Shown here in pieces: positions 9,161 through 20,117 of a stretch of 64,000 bases of DNA. The stretch's first letter is position 1. Every line of letters begins with the position of its first letter. The DNA is from an uncultured Bacteroidales bacterium (lineage in GTDB: Bacteria > Bacteroidota > Bacteroidia > Bacteroidales > JAADJA01), in the NCBI GenBank assembly GCA_964421215.1, contig CAYQWA010000016.1, positions 16,530-80,529 of the forward strand, in the 5' to 3' direction. Under the pieces are notes generated by a model. The model worked only from the letters and a program-made list of their open reading frames with translations. It did not search any database and was not told the origin of the DNA. Both the position numbers and the translations under genes were made by a program.

Positions 9161-9766
9161 CTACTTCCCATCTTCCTTTAAGTAATCATAAAAACCCACC
9201 CCGAACAACTGTGTCATCTCCATAAACCTCAGAATCTTATCCTTGCCGTATTTACTGATCTTTTTGTTTACTTTATCCAGTGATTTAGGTACAAGCAAGT
9301 GGTTGTTGGATTTGGAGTAGAACTTATCCGCATAGCAGATCAACTTTTCTTCCATGGTGATGGGAAGCATATCCTTATGAGGGAGTGGAAATCCTGAGTC
9401 TTTAATGTCTTTTTTTGATAAGCCAACTCCGAGGTGTCGTTCACACACCGGGGCCACTTTTTTCATGCCGTGTTTTTCTAGCATTTCTCTTCCAAGGTAG
9501 GTATGACATATGTACGGTTGTTTACCATGGCAGCCTATTTCAGGAGCATTTGTCTTGATGATACCAATGTCATGAAGCATAGAACCCTTGATGAGAAACT
9601 TTTTATTTATTTCTATTTTGGGATTAAGTTTGGCGATGAGCAGGGCCAGTTCTGTTACTTTAACAACGTGTGTATAATAAAAGTAAAATGCTTTTTCGTC
9701 TTTTGGGTAGTATTTAGTTATGATACGGTCTACTTTTTCAGGAACTTTAAAACTAGGCTTTATCAT
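9161..9766 (-). CDS. HD (HDIG) domain phosphohydrolase
   Basis: H...LHDIG...CH...ERH...ICYADKF motifs. Start placed at ATG 9766, overlapping the CDF stop; the ORF track starts at 9781. Confidence 0.85.
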   Translation of the reverse strand: MIKPSFKVPEKVDRIITKYYPKDEKAFYFYYTHVVKVTELALLIAKLNPKIEINKKFLIKGSMLHDIGIIKTNAPEIGCHGKQPYICHTYLGREMLEKHGMKKVAPVCERHLGVGLSKKDIKDSGFPLPHKDMLPITMEEKLICYADKFYSKSNNHLLVPKSLDKVNKKISKYGKDKILRFMEMTQLFGVGFYDYLKEDGK

Positions 9767-10622
9767 CTCTGCAAGGTTCAATGTGAATGTTTATGTCAAG
9801 ATTTTTAACAGTTTCTTTGAGTTCTTGTTCAATTTTATCACATAAGTCATGCGAATCGCGGACGGTCATATTATCAGGAACTTCAAAGTGAAAGTCCACA
9901 TATTTATGCGGTCCTGATTTTCGTGTTCTTAACTGATGGTACTGAAAACACCTATCAATGTATTTGTTTAATACATCCCGAATTTTTTCTATGTCTTCTT
10001 CAGGTAAACTCACATCCAGCAGTGGGGTGTATGCATTTTTAATAAGTTTCCAGGCTTCAACTACGATAAAAAGAGCAACTGCAATAGCAATTATGGGATC
10101 AAGGAAATGCATGCCTGTTATCCAGATAAGGAATATTCCTACAGCAACTCCTGCTGATGTATACACATCAGTCCTCAAGTGGAGAGCATCGGCTTCTAAA
10201 GCAATGGAGTCGGTTTCTCTGGCAACTTTGTAAAGCTTATGACTTACCCAGAAATTAATGATCGCCGATAATGCCATAACGATCATACCAAGCCAGAGGT
10301 ATGTAATTTCTTCCTTGTGAAGAAACTTTTGAACCGACTCGAATATTATCCATGCAGCAGCAACAAGGATGAGTATTCCTTCAATTACCCCGGATACATT
10401 TTCGAATTTTCCATGTCCGTAAGGGTGATCCTCATCAGGAGGCTGGCTGGAGATCTTTACTGAGAAAAATGCAATAATAGCAGCAATCAGGTCCATCATA
10501 GAATGAATAGCCTCTGAAAGGATACTTACCGAACCGCTTAAAAAGCCTGCTATTAGCTTAATAACGATCAGGAAGACGTTGGAGAAAATTGAAAGCCTAG
10601 CTGTTCTTACTTTTTTATTCAA
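9753..10622 (-). CDS. Cation diffusion facilitator (FieF-like) transporter
   Basis: SEAIHSMMD, HPYGHGKFE and ADALHLRTD metal-site motifs, 6 TM, C-terminal ZT dimer domain; promoter TATTTTTG at 10644-10651 (-). Confidence 0.92.
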   Translation of the reverse strand: MNKKVRTARLSIFSNVFLIVIKLIAGFLSGSVSILSEAIHSMMDLIAAIIAFFSVKISSQPPDEDHPYGHGKFENVSGVIEGILILVAAAWIIFESVQKFLHKEEITYLWLGMIVMALSAIINFWVSHKLYKVARETDSIALEADALHLRTDVYTSAGVAVGIFLIWITGMHFLDPIIAIAVALFIVVEAWKLIKNAYTPLLDVSLPEEDIEKIRDVLNKYIDRCFQYHQLRTRKSGPHKYVDFHFEVPDNMTVRDSHDLCDKIEQELKETVKNLDINIHIEPCRDDKA

Positions 10623-10737
10623 TGGAATTTGATCTTATGCCAACAAAAATAAATTATTTAGTGTAGAATGTACTTTGATTGGATAATAATTATTTAATAA
10701 TTGATTTAGGATTAAAATGGGATAATGTATATATTCA

Positions 10738-10765
10738 CCACAGATTGCACAGATTACACAGATTT
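10738..10765. repeat. 9-mer tandem repeat CACAGATT(G/A) x3
   Basis: ccacagattg cacagatta cacagatttt. Confidence 0.65.
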
Positions 10766-10861
10766 TGGTAGAATTGGATTGGTAGGTATCAAGTAAATAT
10801 GAGAAATCAAAACGAAAAATATTTTTGTGTTATATAATGACCATTCATTTAATATTATTTA

Positions 10862-10869
10862 TAAATTTG
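10862..10869 (+). promoter_or_regulatory. -7 promoter box of the tRNA gene
   Basis: TAAATTTG matches TAnnTTTG, ~110 nt upstream of the tRNA. Confidence 0.65.
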
Positions 10870-10883
10870 CACCCGCAATTCGG

Positions 10884-10976
10884 TTTTAGAATGTAGATTT
10901 TAAATTTTGGATTTATATTGAAACGAACATCGCTTTTCGTAAATCGTAAATCTAAAATCGTAATTCGTAAATCAAC
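10884..10976. repeat. Imperfect palindrome built from heptamer repeats (TCGTAAA/TCTAAAA)
   Basis: Left arm ttttagaatgtagattttaaattttggattta; right arm tcgtaaatcgtaaatctaaaatcgtaattcgtaaatcaac. Confidence 0.65.
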
Positions 10977-10978
10977 AT

Positions 10979-11052
<74 letters not shown>

Positions 11053-11055
11053 CGC

Positions 11056-11095
11056 GCCCTGAAGTGAATTTATTCTACTTCAGGGCATTTTTTTT
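11056..11095 (+). terminator. Intrinsic terminator after the tRNA
   Basis: GCCCTGAAGT...ACTTCAGGGC stem followed by A and T8. Confidence 0.85.
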
Positions 11096-11136
11096 ACCCG
11101 GAAATAATTATCCCCAAAACTTAATATCCAATCCCT

Positions 11137-14100
11137 TTACCTCACCAAAACCTTCTTCGTAACAATACCCTTTTCACTCACAACCCGTACAACATAATTC
11201 CCACCCTCTGTTAAAACAAACCTGTTAAATTGATCATTTGTGGTAGTAGAGGTAACCTGCTGTCCATGCATGTTGTAAATAATAATGTTACCCTTTATGT
11301 TTTCCAACATTTCAACATAAATTGCTTTATCAAAGGAATAGATATAGGCAAAGTCAATAAAACTATTGTGGCTTCCAAACTCATCATCCAGGTAAATGAG
11401 GAACCTCAAAGGTTCATCTTCAGGACCTGCAGTATAACTGTAAGAAACTCCAGCTTCAACTTTCGTAATAGCCCCTGTTTTTAGGTCTTCAAGGTAGATC
11501 TTTTCAAATGGCTCAAACCCAATCATATTCTCAACTGAAAGTGTGTAAATTTCATACGATCCGACTTCCAGTCCAAGCGGGATTATTTTATAGCTATCAT
11601 CATTTGCGAAAGCATTTACAGACAATTCTACATTATCTTTAGATAAGGAGTAAAACTGAGGAGCTACTTCATCGCCCCTGAATTTCAATGCATCATAACG
11701 CTTATCGTAATCAGCGGTTGAGTTTTCATCGAACACAATTAGTAACTCATCAGCTAAATTATTTCCTGCCACTTTTAATTTAAGTATTGGATCAGAAGTT
11801 ATTTTGCTTTCTTTTAAAACATCTTTCGAATGGTGTAACCTGGCACCGTCATCAACAGCAATAAAACCGGTAGCTTCAGAACAATGGATGAAAAATCCCT
11901 GTTGGGAAGGAATGATACTATCCACATCGTTGGTCCCAGTAGAATTGTCTTTGACATATACCCCATAATTGCCAACTGTTCCATTCCAGATGTAAATAGT
12001 AGGATCAATATTTCCTACGGTTCTGATCCAACCGCTGCCGTCATCGATGTTCCAGTTGACAGCAGAAGGATACGGATTACCTGTGAAACAAAATCCCCGG
12101 TTATTATGAGTAGCTCCTGAAGTATTGGTAGCATTAAAGGATTTAGTTCCTGTATTCAAATCGCCGGAAAAAGTGACTGTTCCAATATCATTTGTCCAAA
12201 CGGCAAAACCTTCCATATCTGTACTCATTACATAATCAGGATCAGTGATGTATGACCATTCTCCTGATGGTTCATCCCACTGCATCATGTACATTCCAAG
12301 GAATATTCCGGCTATTGGGTCATCCACAGGGGCTGAAACATAATGCCATTGATCTTCTGTAAGGTAACGCTCAAGATTTGCCGTTCCAGTTCCAGCTATT
12401 AAACCCAAATCTAGGAAAGAACCGGTACCCGTTTCATCAGAATGAATTGTTAAACTGCCATTGTTCTGGAAAATTCCATGAACAGTCAACATACCATTTA
12501 CACCAATTTCCACGGTAGCTTCATTTTCTACGATTAAATTCAAACTTTCAGCGGAACCGTTTATGACAGGGGATTCACCTTTGGCACCTCCAACATCAGG
12601 TATAACAGCACTCATGGATTGATCAGGTTTGCTGATGGTCCAGTTACCGTTATTACCCCAGTTACTGTCAATGGTTCCGAGCCATTCAGTGCAGGGTGCA
12701 TCTTCATTTGATACCGGTAAAACAGTATTGAAAAAATAATCCACAGAGCTGGTATGTGCTGGATTACCACCTGCATTTCCGGCATATGTGCCAACTGCTG
12801 ATACGTTTATGGAATGAGTGAATGATGCTCCGGGATCCCAATTGATACCATCAGTGGAATAGGATTGTGTCCATTGGTCTCCGCTACGGTTTACTCGCAT
12901 GTACAAAGGAGCAATACCTGTGGATCCAATGGATTGATTGAAAACAATATCATCGGTAAGAGGAAATGTTGACGGACCAGGGACGAAAGTAGCTGCCAAT
13001 ACGTTTGTATTGCTTGCACTGCTGTAAAATTCAAATCGAAGGAAATTTGAGTCGTCTTGTTTTATCAATATCCCTTGCTCCTGGAATGCACCACTAACAG
13101 AAGACTCAAACTTGATTTCTACCTCGAAATTGCCATTTCCGGTTCCCTGCAATATGTGGGGTGCCATTATTCCGTCGGTCCATAGTTCATGTGATGAACC
13201 TGCCGGAACGCTGATATTGATCCAGGCATCATCAGTACATGAGCCTGTCATAGTATAACCTCCACCACCAAGAGGATCAATGAAGGACCAAATGGTCTCA
13301 TTCAGTACCGGATCATTGAAATCATCAGAAACGAATTCGGTTGCAGGATCGAAGTCCATTACGTGGATCACAAAATTCTGGGTGTCGGCTGAGGGAATGG
13401 TATTGATTGCCTCCACTGATACAGCAAAATCGCCGGGGGCAGCAGGTGTCCATTCAATAAGACCTGAATTGCTATTTATTGTCATTCCTCCCGGTGCTGT
13501 CAGCAATGAATAGGTCGGTGCCGGATCACCATCAGCTTCAACGTCATAGCTGTATAAATGTCCCACAAGGGCATCGGTCAGTGGTATAGACGTGATTACT
13601 GCTATATTGGGATTGATTGAATCCTCGGGAATTACAGGATTCTCAATATTAAAAAAGTAATCGATGGATCCGGTGTGAGCCGGGCTTGATGCTCCAACAG
13701 CATTACCAGCATATGGACCGACTCCTGTTACTGTGATATCAAAGTTGAAGATGGCTGACTGAGACCAGGTTGAACCATCCAGGGAGTGGGTCATGGTCCA
13801 TTGCTCGTTCTGGCGTTTTACCCTCATGTATAAAGGCGCTATACCAGTACTGCCAATAACTGTATTGGCGTGTGTAGTATGGTCACCGGGTGTAAAACTG
13901 GCTACATAAACCTTTGTTTCGCTAGCATTGCAATAAAATTCAAAACGCATAAAAGTGTCATCATCCTGGCGCACCAGAATACCCTGTTCCTGGTATTGAA
14001 GGTTCAGTGTTGATTCAAATTTTGCTTCCACCTCAAAGTTGGCATTGTTACAGCTTTGCCTCACATGTGGAACTTTCAGACCACTTGTCCAGAGCTGGTG

Positions 14101-15555
14101 TTCGGTTCCGCCCGGTACTAAAAAGTTCAGCCAGGCATCTGCAGTGTTACTTCCAACGAGTTCGTAGTCACAGTCTCCTACGGGATCAACAAATGTCCAC
14201 AAACTGGCATTCAACTGAGGCAGATGAAAATCGTCAGAAACAATGTCCGATATCTCGGTTATAAATGTCAGATCACCGGTTATTGCTTCATCACCTTCAG
14301 AGTTTTCAGAGGTGATCTGGTAATGATACTCTGTATTTGGTGTCAGGCCAGTTAGTTCAATACTATGAGAAGTTATCAGAGTGGCATCGTAAAGCGTGTC
14401 CAACTCATATCCTGTTGTAAGGCCATAGGCCACCTGACTACTTGCAGGAACATTAGTATTCCATGTGATGGTTGCACCATCGGCTCCCTCACTGATTTGT
14501 GCATTTACATTGGTAACAGAGATGGGTATACCGGTAATGGAAAGATTGCCATAGGTAACATCGCCATGATGGCTGATGAGCATTAGGCTACCGTTTTGAG
14601 GGTCGCTTAATGATTCCTGTGCCGTAATATCCCATCCAATTGGTTCCGACTCACTTTGTTTCCAGACCTTAAAGCTATATTGCCCACCAACACCAGGGTT
14701 GGTTTCTACTCGTGCCCTGAACATATAGGTAGTATCGAAGGTCAAGGATCGAGTTTGAGTAGCAAGAATATCCCCATCGTTTCCATATATTTCCAACCTG
14801 TTGCCTCTGTACCAGCAGATGGCACCAAGTGGGAGCCAGCCACATTTCGGTTGGGAACAGCTTACCGGATCATCCGTATGCCCCATCCAACGCAGCAATA
14901 CGCCAACACCACCTCCGCCACTCATGCTGTGAATGGTCACGGGTACCAGGATCTCATAGTCAAACCAGGTGGTATCTCCAATAGCCACCAGCCGGTCATA
15001 ACCAGTGACAACAGTGTGAATACCTTCAGAAGTTACCTCCCAGTTTCCATCAACAGCCTGAGAAACCTCATTGACAGCAACTTTGGACTGCCAATCGATG
15101 TCATAAGGAAGGGGCCATACATTGGTGTTTGAATAATTTACCGTTACAGTATGTTCTGTCCTGTTATCCAGGTTGTCGGTGGCAATGATCATCACTGTAT
15201 TGGCTCCATTTATCAGGTCCTGGGTAGCCAGATCGATATTAAAATCCCCTGAGGATTGTAGCCTCCTGCCGTCAGAACCTATTGATAGCATAACCTTCGG
15301 ACCTCCGTTCAGTGTATAATATAGCGAGTCAACTCCATCAGCATCTGATACGTTCCCCAGCAGGTTTACCCAACGTTGTGGAACACCATGCTGCCCGAAG
15401 TTCTGAGTGTCTCCATACCACATAATGACATCAGGTCCGTCAAGCAATGGAGCTGCTAAAGGAACACTTTTAACTAGTTCCGTAAATAGAAATAAAAATG
15501 CAATCAGCATAATCAATTTAATGACTGCCTTGCGAATATTGCTACATTTTTTCAT
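11137..15555 (-). CDS. Large T9SS-secreted multidomain protein (FN3-like, two DUF1349/ConA-like repeats, Ig-like, type A CTD)
   Basis: Signal peptide; duplicated SDDF...W.F.DP.G...SxDYFFN modules; C-terminal IYNMHGQQV...GNYVVRV...TKKVLVR sorting domain; promoter TATATTTG at 15713-15720 (-). Confidence 0.85.
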   Translation of the reverse strand: MKKCSNIRKAVIKLIMLIAFLFLFTELVKSVPLAAPLLDGPDVIMWYGDTQNFGQHGVPQRWVNLLGNVSDADGVDSLYYTLNGGPKVMLSIGSDGRRLQSSGDFNIDLATQDLINGANTVMIIATDNLDNRTEHTVTVNYSNTNVWPLPYDIDWQSKVAVNEVSQAVDGNWEVTSEGIHTVVTGYDRLVAIGDTTWFDYEILVPVTIHSMSGGGGVGVLLRWMGHTDDPVSCSQPKCGWLPLGAICWYRGNRLEIYGNDGDILATQTRSLTFDTTYMFRARVETNPGVGGQYSFKVWKQSESEPIGWDITAQESLSDPQNGSLMLISHHGDVTYGNLSITGIPISVTNVNAQISEGADGATITWNTNVPASSQVAYGLTTGYELDTLYDATLITSHSIELTGLTPNTEYHYQITSENSEGDEAITGDLTFITEISDIVSDDFHLPQLNASLWTFVDPVGDCDYELVGSNTADAWLNFLVPGGTEHQLWTSGLKVPHVRQSCNNANFEVEAKFESTLNLQYQEQGILVRQDDDTFMRFEFYCNASETKVYVASFTPGDHTTHANTVIGSTGIAPLYMRVKRQNEQWTMTHSLDGSTWSQSAIFNFDITVTGVGPYAGNAVGASSPAHTGSIDYFFNIENPVIPEDSINPNIAVITSIPLTDALVGHLYSYDVEADGDPAPTYSLLTAPGGMTINSNSGLIEWTPAAPGDFAVSVEAINTIPSADTQNFVIHVMDFDPATEFVSDDFNDPVLNETIWSFIDPLGGGGYTMTGSCTDDAWINISVPAGSSHELWTDGIMAPHILQGTGNGNFEVEIKFESSVSGAFQEQGILIKQDDSNFLRFEFYSSASNTNVLAATFVPGPSTFPLTDDIVFNQSIGSTGIAPLYMRVNRSGDQWTQSYSTDGINWDPGASFTHSINVSAVGTYAGNAGGNPAHTSSVDYFFNTVLPVSNEDAPCTEWLGTIDSNWGNNGNWTISKPDQSMSAVIPDVGGAKGESPVINGSAESLNLIVENEATVEIGVNGMLTVHGIFQNNGSLTIHSDETGTGSFLDLGLIAGTGTANLERYLTEDQWHYVSAPVDDPIAGIFLGMYMMQWDEPSGEWSYITDPDYVMSTDMEGFAVWTNDIGTVTFSGDLNTGTKSFNATNTSGATHNNRGFCFTGNPYPSAVNWNIDDGSGWIRTVGNIDPTIYIWNGTVGNYGVYVKDNSTGTNDVDSIIPSQQGFFIHCSEATGFIAVDDGARLHHSKDVLKESKITSDPILKLKVAGNNLADELLIVFDENSTADYDKRYDALKFRGDEVAPQFYSLSKDNVELSVNAFANDDSYKIIPLGLEVGSYEIYTLSVENMIGFEPFEKIYLEDLKTGAITKVEAGVSYSYTAGPEDEPLRFLIYLDDEFGSHNSFIDFAYIYSFDKAIYVEMLENIKGNIIIYNMHGQQVTSTTTNDQFNRFVLTEGGNYVVRVVSEKGIVTKKVLVR

Positions 15556-15932
15556 GACTTGTTAATTTGAAAATTTATAAAGTAAAAGCGTGAAAAAAGT
15601 GGGTTTATATTAAATATTGCAATGAAATCTCCGAACTGAAATAATCCACCTATCTCTTTTCTATAAGTCAAAAAAATTACACTAGCGTATTTAGTTTGAA
15701 GGGATTGAGTAACAAATATACTAATTAAATTTCAGGAATCCAATATTAGATAGAAAGGGACTAAGGTATTAGAGAGGTCAGGATAACTTTCAATCCTTAG
15801 CCTAACAACCTTAATTCCCATGAAAAATAGGTATTATAGATATGATATCATCATTAATAAAAGTTGCCACATTAAACATTTTGTATTTTTACATATAAAA
15901 TAGGTGAGTTGTGATATCCTGATATATTCCCG

Positions 15933-17006
15933 ATGAAAAAGACAAATTTTTACAAGGTTCTGTTTTTAGTCTGTTTTTGGGTAGTGTGTAGTTTATTTAT
16001 AGTGTTGTACGATTCTGCCCTATTAGGATTTGAATCTGAATTTGGAGGTAGTACTTACAGCTTTTTGCTAACATTAATAACTGTTGTACTAACAACCATT
16101 ATAGGAGCTTCTATTCTGGGAACCATTGATGTTTTATATTTAAGCAAAATTGTACGAAAGAAAACTTTTGGTATTTCTATTCTTATCAGGACAGCGATAT
16201 ATATGGGATTTATATTGTTTTTTGTTACTCTAGCTATCCTCTATATTATTCATTTGGAACTGAATCTTCCATTATTTAGTCGGGATGTATTGATTGAGTT
16301 GAAGGAATACCTTCTGAGTTCTCGATTTCTGATGAATTTTATTTATTGGGGAGGTGCCTGTATTGCAGCACTATTTGTTCTTCAGGTGAGTGAAAAATTC
16401 GGGCAGGGAATTTTAAAGAATTTTTTATTGGGAAAATATCACAAACCAAAGGAAGAAGAGAGAATTTTCCTGTTTATGGATCTAAAATCTTCAACAACAC
16501 ATGCCGAAAGATTAGGTCATATAAAGTACAGTCAACTTATCCAGGATTGTTATTATGAACTGACGGATGTTGTTTTGAAATATCATGCTGTTATTTACCA
16601 GTATGTAGGTGATGAAGTGGTATTGACCTGGAAAGTGAAGAAAGAATTTGAATACAAGAATTGTATCCAATTTTTGTTTGAAATTGACAAAATTCTTTTA
16701 TCCCGGTCAGATTACTATATTGACAAATATGGATTTGTTCCAGAGTTTAAGGCGGGAATTGATATAGGATTTGCTACTGTTGTTGAAGTAGGTCAGATCA
16801 AAAAAGAACTTGCTTACCACGGTGATGTATTGAATACTGCTTCACGGATACAAAGCAAGTGCAACGATTATTACGCTCGTTTACTCATTTCCCATAAGCT
16901 TTATAAAAATTTGGATAGTCAAATCAAGTCATCCTTTGAATTGGTGGATGATTTGGTGCTCAAAGGTAAAAATCAAGCTATAAAGATATACAGGTATAAA
17001 AGTTAG
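15933..17006 (+). CDS. Membrane-bound class III adenylate/guanylate cyclase domain protein
   Basis: 4 N-terminal TM segments; FLFMDLKSST, YVGDE, GDVLNTASRIQ and LKGK motifs. Confidence 0.9.
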   Translation: MKKTNFYKVLFLVCFWVVCSLFIVLYDSALLGFESEFGGSTYSFLLTLITVVLTTIIGASILGTIDVLYLSKIVRKKTFGISILIRTAIYMGFILFFVTLAILYIIHLELNLPLFSRDVLIELKEYLLSSRFLMNFIYWGGACIAALFVLQVSEKFGQGILKNFLLGKYHKPKEEERIFLFMDLKSSTTHAERLGHIKYSQLIQDCYYELTDVVLKYHAVIYQYVGDEVVLTWKVKKEFEYKNCIQFLFEIDKILLSRSDYYIDKYGFVPEFKAGIDIGFATVVEVGQIKKELAYHGDVLNTASRIQSKCNDYYARLLISHKLYKNLDSQIKSSFELVDDLVLKGKNQAIKIYRYKS

Positions 17007-17007
17007 C

Positions 17008-20000
17008 TTATTTGGATTTCAGTTTATATCCCTTATAACTCACTTTGAAAAACATTTTGTACAAAACCGGAACAAATATCAAAGTGATCGTTGTTGCGAA
17101 CAGCAATCCGAATAAAATGGCAATAGCCATGGGCTCAAACATAATTCCTCCGCCCAGCCAAAGAGGTAAAAGCCCCAATGAAGTTGTAGCGGTTGTAAGG
17201 AGTATAGGCCTGAAGCGTTGTTTAGCTGCAAATAGTATAGCATCCGTATGAGATCTTTTTTTCTCTTCCAGTTCTATCTTAATCCGATCAAGTAAAACAA
17301 TAGCATTGTTGATAACAATTCCCGCAAGAGAAATTACTCCGAGAAATGTCATAAATCCATAATACGAATTGGTTATCAACAAACCTGAAGTTACACCAAT
17401 TAATCCCAATGGGATCGTTAATAATACAATCGTTGCTTTTCTCATGGAGTTAAATTGCCCAACTAAAAGAAGTAAAATAATAAATCCTGAAAGCGGGAGT
17501 TTTTCCATTACGGCATTCATTCCTTCAGAGCTTTCTTCGGCTTCGCCCCCCAGTTCATAGGAATACCCAACAGGCCATGACCTTTGTAAATTTTCGAGCA
17601 CAGGTCCTAAGGCCACCGTAACTTCGTTTGCTGTATATCCAGCTTGAATATCAGATGTTACTGTAATTGTTCGATCTAAATCACGTCGAAGAATTTTTGA
17701 AGCCTGCCAGACAATTTCAATGTCGGCAACTTGTTTTAATGGTACATTCACTCCTGATAATTGCGCATAAATATTTAAGCTTTCAAGCTTTTGTAAACTA
17801 TTTAAGTTGGTTGGCGTATTTCTCATGATAATTGGAATAACTTTATCATCTTCACGAAACTGGCCAACATCAGCACCCGTTAATATGGCCTGCAATGAGG
17901 CTGCAATATCCTGGCTGGAGATGCCTGCTAATTTTGCCTTGGCCTGGTTGATATGGACTACAAACTTTTTGGTTTGCATTCCCCAGGTATCATCAATATT
18001 TTTAGTTCCTGGCAATTGATTCAGAACAGATTTGGTTGATTCAGCAAGTGCATATAATATTTTTTCATCCTGACCGGCTATCCTCACTTCAATCGGATTG
18101 GCAGACCCTCCTCCCATCAATAACCTGGAAACATTTGCTGACATCTCAGGATAGTTTCTAAAACAATAAGAATCCAATTTGTCGATCACATATTGATTAT
18201 CATCTCCTGAAGTAGTGTTCATGAATATATGTGCTGCATTCGGACTTGACTCCGGAGGGGTATATCCAAGGTCATATTTTGGTGCGCCTTCACCAATATA
18301 GACGGACCAATCAATAACACCTCTTTCTTCTGATCCTTGTACAAGCAAACTGTCATGGATATATTGTTCTAATTCCTGAACAATATTGTCCGTGAGTGTA
18401 ATATCTGTGCCTAATGGTAAATCGATATTTGCTGTTACAACGGGTCTTTCAGAGTCAGGCATAAATATTACCGGAACATATCCCATGCCCCATATGGAAA
18501 TAATAAAAACCACAATGGTAATGGCTAAAACCAGTATAGGTCTCTTTAAACTTCCCAGTAAGAATTTCCCATATAAGTTGTTAAATCTATCAAACCGGGA
18601 TTGGCCTTCTTTTTTTGGTTTTACCTTCAAAAAGAATACACACAACATGGTTATTAAAGTAAGAGACAATAACCATGATGACAAAAGTGCTGTTGCAACC
18701 ACAATGAATATCGGACCGACTATTTCTCCCATTACGGATTCAGCCAGGAAGAAAGCCAGAAAGGCTGCTGCTGTAGTAAGAGAAGCCACCAACAATGGAA
18801 CAAATAATTCTTTTGCCGCTTCCAGGGCGGCATCCATGGCTTTGACTCCTCTTGCCATCTTTACCATAATGGATTCGGACATTACGATGGCATTGTCTAC
18901 CAACATTCCCAGTGCTATTATTAAAGATGCCAGGGAAACTGTATTTAATCCAACTCCAAGATAAGGCATTAGAAATAAGGTCATAATAATGGCAGCAGGA
19001 ATAAGACTGGCAACAACCAGCCCAGTCCTGAATCCCAAAAACAGAAGCATCACAATCAAAACGACTATAACAGCTTGTAAAAGATTGTTAATAAAGTCTT
19101 TAACCTGTTTATCAACTTCTATATCCTGAGAAGCCACTCGTTCAATTTCAACTCCTATCGGATAATGAGATTTATATTGTTCTACCTTTTTATCAACCTC
19201 AGCTCCCAGATCAATAATGTTACCCCCCTCTTTAAGAGAGATCCCAATTACCAGGCCTGGCATTCCGTTAACACGCACTATACTCCGCTTTGGTTCTATA
19301 TATCCCCTGTAAATGTTACTGATATCCCCCAGATATGCTAGCTGTCCACCCTGAGATGAAATAATTGTTTGTTTAATATCTTCAATTTCCTCAAAACTAC
19401 CTGTTGGTTCAAGGATGATACGTTCGTTCTCAAGTTTGATATTACCGCCGGGAAAAATGATATTAGTTGATGAAATAATATTTTGAAGCATGCTGGAAGT
19501 AAGCCCCATTTCAGCAAGTCGGGCATTGTCATAATCAATGAATATCCGTTCTTCCTGTATGCCTGCTATTTCCACTTTTGCTGAATTGGAGAGTTTTATT
19601 AAGTCGTCCCTGATATCATCTGCTATTTCCTTCAGTTCAGCATACGAATAACCTTCACCAGTCAAACCTAGCATTATCCCAAAAACATCACCTAGTTCGT
19701 CATTAACATCAGGATGTACTCCTTGTGGTAATTGAGATTGAGCCGATTCCACTTTTCTCCTGATATCATCAAATACCGGTCTTAATTCATTTACATCCTC
19801 TTTCAGGGCTATGGTTATAACAGATATCCCTGTTCGGCTTTCACTTGCAATATAATCCACTTCAGGTATTTCCTGAATTACTTTTTCAATTTTATCAGTA
19901 ACCAACATTTCAACCCGCTCAGGACTGGCACCTGGAAATTGTGAAACGACTGTAGCAAATCGTATTAAAAACGGGGGCATGTCATCACGAGGCATATTAT

Positions 20001-20088
20001 TAAAGGCCATGATGCCCATAAACAAAACAATGAATACTAAAATGAAGGTAACCCTGTTATTCTTTATTGCTCGTAGTGTTATTGACAT
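17008..20088 (-). CDS. RND efflux permease (AcrB/AcrD/AcrF family)
   Basis: 1026 aa with PGASPERVE, LGMLVDNAIV and RFRPILLT motifs. Confidence 0.95.
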   Translation of the reverse strand: MSITLRAIKNNRVTFILVFIVLFMGIMAFNNMPRDDMPPFLIRFATVVSQFPGASPERVEMLVTDKIEKVIQEIPEVDYIASESRTGISVITIALKEDVNELRPVFDDIRRKVESAQSQLPQGVHPDVNDELGDVFGIMLGLTGEGYSYAELKEIADDIRDDLIKLSNSAKVEIAGIQEERIFIDYDNARLAEMGLTSSMLQNIISSTNIIFPGGNIKLENERIILEPTGSFEEIEDIKQTIISSQGGQLAYLGDISNIYRGYIEPKRSIVRVNGMPGLVIGISLKEGGNIIDLGAEVDKKVEQYKSHYPIGVEIERVASQDIEVDKQVKDFINNLLQAVIVVLIVMLLFLGFRTGLVVASLIPAAIIMTLFLMPYLGVGLNTVSLASLIIALGMLVDNAIVMSESIMVKMARGVKAMDAALEAAKELFVPLLVASLTTAAAFLAFFLAESVMGEIVGPIFIVVATALLSSWLLSLTLITMLCVFFLKVKPKKEGQSRFDRFNNLYGKFLLGSLKRPILVLAITIVVFIISIWGMGYVPVIFMPDSERPVVTANIDLPLGTDITLTDNIVQELEQYIHDSLLVQGSEERGVIDWSVYIGEGAPKYDLGYTPPESSPNAAHIFMNTTSGDDNQYVIDKLDSYCFRNYPEMSANVSRLLMGGGSANPIEVRIAGQDEKILYALAESTKSVLNQLPGTKNIDDTWGMQTKKFVVHINQAKAKLAGISSQDIAASLQAILTGADVGQFREDDKVIPIIMRNTPTNLNSLQKLESLNIYAQLSGVNVPLKQVADIEIVWQASKILRRDLDRTITVTSDIQAGYTANEVTVALGPVLENLQRSWPVGYSYELGGEAEESSEGMNAVMEKLPLSGFIILLLLVGQFNSMRKATIVLLTIPLGLIGVTSGLLITNSYYGFMTFLGVISLAGIVINNAIVLLDRIKIELEEKKRSHTDAILFAAKQRFRPILLTTATTSLGLLPLWLGGGIMFEPMAIAILFGLLFATTITLIFVPVLYKMFFKVSYKGYKLKSK

Positions 20089-20117
20089 AATTTACTTTAT
20101 TATGGTAATTTAGGGTG

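Noticed and set aside
10738-10976. CRISPR array
   Set aside because: Repeats are contiguous 7-9-mers without unique spacers; no cas genes in the window
18386-18964. 192 aa antisense ORF, and the many similar shadow ORFs in the track
   Set aside because: Lies opposite a well-supported gene; composition mirrors the sense codons and there are no motifs
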